A DNA stretch of 64,000 nt from positions 26,784,001 to 26,848,000 of the forward strand of contig CM114271.1 of the NCBI GenBank assembly GCA_050084515.1, written 5' to 3'. Below, piece after piece: positions 61,301 through 64,000 of the stretch. The notes below the pieces were generated by a model that saw only the letters and a list, made by a program, of their open reading frames with translations, ran no database searches and was not told the DNA's origin. A program made the position numbers and the translations under genes. This DNA comes from Blasia pusilla (taxonomy: Eukaryota). Positions within the stretch are counted from its first letter, which is position 1. The number at the start of each line of letters is the position of its first letter.

Positions 61301-64000
61301 TACAAAGAGCAAGAAGCTAGAAGAGTTGTTAGGAGAAGCAGCCGATAGGAAAGATTTGAGATTATTCTTGAGGAATATAGTAAATGGACATAGGAGTGGT
61401 GCTTTTGGTGGGAAGGAAGCTTTGTGGGATTTCATGATAGATGAAGCAAAAATCTAAGCATGGCAGCCAAGGGATTTCGCTACAGTAAGAGAACTAGAGC
61501 CATATCCCAAGCCATGTTGCAATTTGGTGGTCGAAAAGTGGCCCTAAAATTTAGGAGGGCCAAGTCTAAAGGCTGTGAAGCGTGATAGAGCTTAACTTTG
61601 TGTGGAGGTATTCCAAGAGGTGTCTTGGGTGTTATTAGCATCAAAGGTGGCCCTAGAAATTCATGCAGATGTGCCTGTCATGTTTGCAGAGGATGAAACT
61701 AGGATTAAAGAGAGACCAAGGTCCATTCCTCCGGATGATCTACCTCTATACAATTTATGGTTAAGTTTAAGTATCATATAGTCTTGTTCATTTAATTGAG
61801 TCACAGTCTTACTCAATGAATTGTTTTTCATATATGGGAGGCAAAATACGACACCTTGATTGGGTTCTGTGGCCAAAGAGAAGGACATATATGTTCTTAT
61901 GGACTGGAGGTTTTAGTGGGTGAAGATGATGAGGGATATCATAAAAATTTGAGTACTTTTAAAGGCTACACTAAAGGCATGTATGCTTGAGTAGTCATTG
62001 TAAATCCTCTTCATGAGTCTATGCCCAAGTTAGCCAACTATAACTTGTAATAACTTCACTACAAATTGGGTGAGACATCCGTGGATTGAATTGGAATCCA
62101 TGTGGGATAAGCGTTGTCGTGCGTATGTTGGTCCTCTCTTAGGATATGCTAGTGATGGGGATGCTTGTTGACAAAAATTGATGATGGAAGACTACAGAGG
62201 AGCTAATAGTTATGTTCTGAAGTATAGTGTGGGTTGGGAAGGATGGAAACACTCTGTGTCTATAATTCCTAATGGGGATCTATAAGGTTTTGGAGACCAA
62301 GATCCAACCCACAACACAAAGAAGGCAATTAACCCACTAGACCGATGTTCTGCTACTTTAGTCCTTGGAGATCAACATGCCTCATTATCTTATGTAACTA
62401 ACGTATACAATCACTACAAAGTGACTGAATATGGATTGAAGTGGGATGATGTGAATAGAAGTGACAGACGGAATTGGGTAAGCCCTCAAAGGATAGTTGC
62501 AAGGAGAGTGCAACTAGGAGTTTTTTTTTTCACAAAAAGGAGTTTTTTTTTTCACAAAAACATGACTTGAGGGGTCGAGTAGTGTTAGCATCTAAAGTGT
62601 CTTGGTTTTTCAGATTTTGTAGGGTTTGGTTGAAGTATGGGGATCATTCTGTAACCGGAAATGTTGGATCTATGAAAAAGAAAAACATGAGATATGTCCA
62701 AGCTTTCCATTATATTAACATGTCATGTCATTTCATTGTACTAATGACATGTGCCTTCCATGACAAGTGGCCATATCTCAAAGTCCCTTTTCACTTGTTG
62801 GGTTCTGACTGTTGTGAAATATTTTTCAGCAAAGTAGGAGGCATGAGCGGCCATGAACAAAATTATGACTTTGGATCTTTGTTAGATAGTGTTGTGGGAG
62901 TGAACCGAATCGCTAGGTTGGAGTTTGGTCCAGAGGGCTTGAAGATAGGTCGTTCGCATCCAAAGCAGGACCATGTGTGGGGTACTTTACATCCCTTAGG
63001 AGCAAAAGAGTTGGCTCCTGATTTTTTTTATTACTCATTAGTTGGGACTAATGAGCTAGTAGTTGACGCCCTCAAAGAGAGCTTGGATGATGCCTAGTGC
63101 ATACTAACCAGGTTGAACATGTCTCCTATAACTTCTTTGCCACTTGCCCAAAGAAGATGGTGGTTGCATCCTTGGGATTTGGAGGCAGAGACATGGCCAG
63201 ACACTGTTGTAATGAAGGAATTTGTGACATGTGATGATGTTGAGGATCAATTGGATCATCAATCTACAGTACGGCCACCTCCTATTGAGGAATCAGGCAT
63301 AGACTGTGTGATGTTGGAAGATCTAAATTGTCTTAATGCATTGACTAATGTTGAAGAAACACATGTGCAGGCTCCTCCCTCTGCTATAGATGGATATGCT
63401 GATATGGATTTAGATCCATCTACCGAGGTTAAGTTATTGGGACATGAGGTAAGACATATATTTTCACAAGTTTTGCAAGATGTCACGGATGTGCAAGTTC
63501 CTTACAGAGTGGTTCTGATAGTGACTTTTGAGGGGAAAGTATACTTCAAATCTAGACTTGTGAGTGAACTATCTTGCAATCCTTTCATGTCAAAGGATAG
63601 GCTAACGCGGATGGCCCAGAAGACATTCTACACCACTGGTAAGGGAAAAGAACGCAACCCAGATTCTCCATCTTGTTTTGTAGATATTGGAAGTGACATT
63701 GTTGTTTTGTTTGAGTCTTTGGCGCTTGCTCGTCCTTGCACTCGATCACGTAAATCAAATAACAAAAAAGGCAATGAAAATAAAGTGGAGCAAACGGTTA
63801 TCACTAAAGAATTTTGGTTAGCTCGCATTTTGTTCATCAAACGAAAGTATGGAAGTCAATGGAGTAGATGTCTTCGCCCCATTGATCTTTTGGACAAATC
63901 AGAGTCCTCAGTTGGACAAACATGGAGTGTATGTCAAATGCCTTGCAATTGGTACCAGCACTTTGGTAAAACCAATACCTTATTCACCTATAATGCATGT
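58370..64000 (+). pseudogene. Decayed P-element-like (DDE, DxxH) transposase gene; start uncertain, runs off the right edge
   Basis: Manual translation: VMFAEDETRIK (D at 61692), LLGYASDGDA (D at 62154), DQDPTHNTKKAINPL (DxxH at 62301), GSDCCEIFFSKVG (E at 62816). Upstream Cys/His-containing ORF fragments at 60155-60900. Many stops and frameshifts. Confidence 0.7.

Overview
Eukaryotic nuclear DNA, almost certainly a land plant and probably a non-seed plant such as a bryophyte (inferred from the gene and transposon content, not proven). It holds one intact host gene, an 8-exon organelle-targeted GatB (10790-15287, +, 586 aa), set among decayed, nested transposons. These are: four pieces of an unusual Ty3/Gypsy-like family (1-2953, 32503-41623, 44366-50397, 50398-50713), a full-length Ty1/Copia with TSD (35613-40598), three LTRs of a second Gypsy-like family, a CACTA element (50714-56739), small Helitron-like elements, and a decayed P-element-like transposase (about 58370-64000). 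The main discovery is the Gypsy-like family. Its polyprotein carries a DNMT3-like cytosine-C5 methyltransferase after the protease and a PHD finger after the DDE integrase. Its ends look like DIRS/PAT-type split direct repeats (A1...B1-nn-A2-B2) with no recognisable PBS or LTR-adjacent PPT, rather than ordinary LTRs. Most of these domains are missed by the ORF track because of stops and frameshifts; I read them by hand, and no database search was run.
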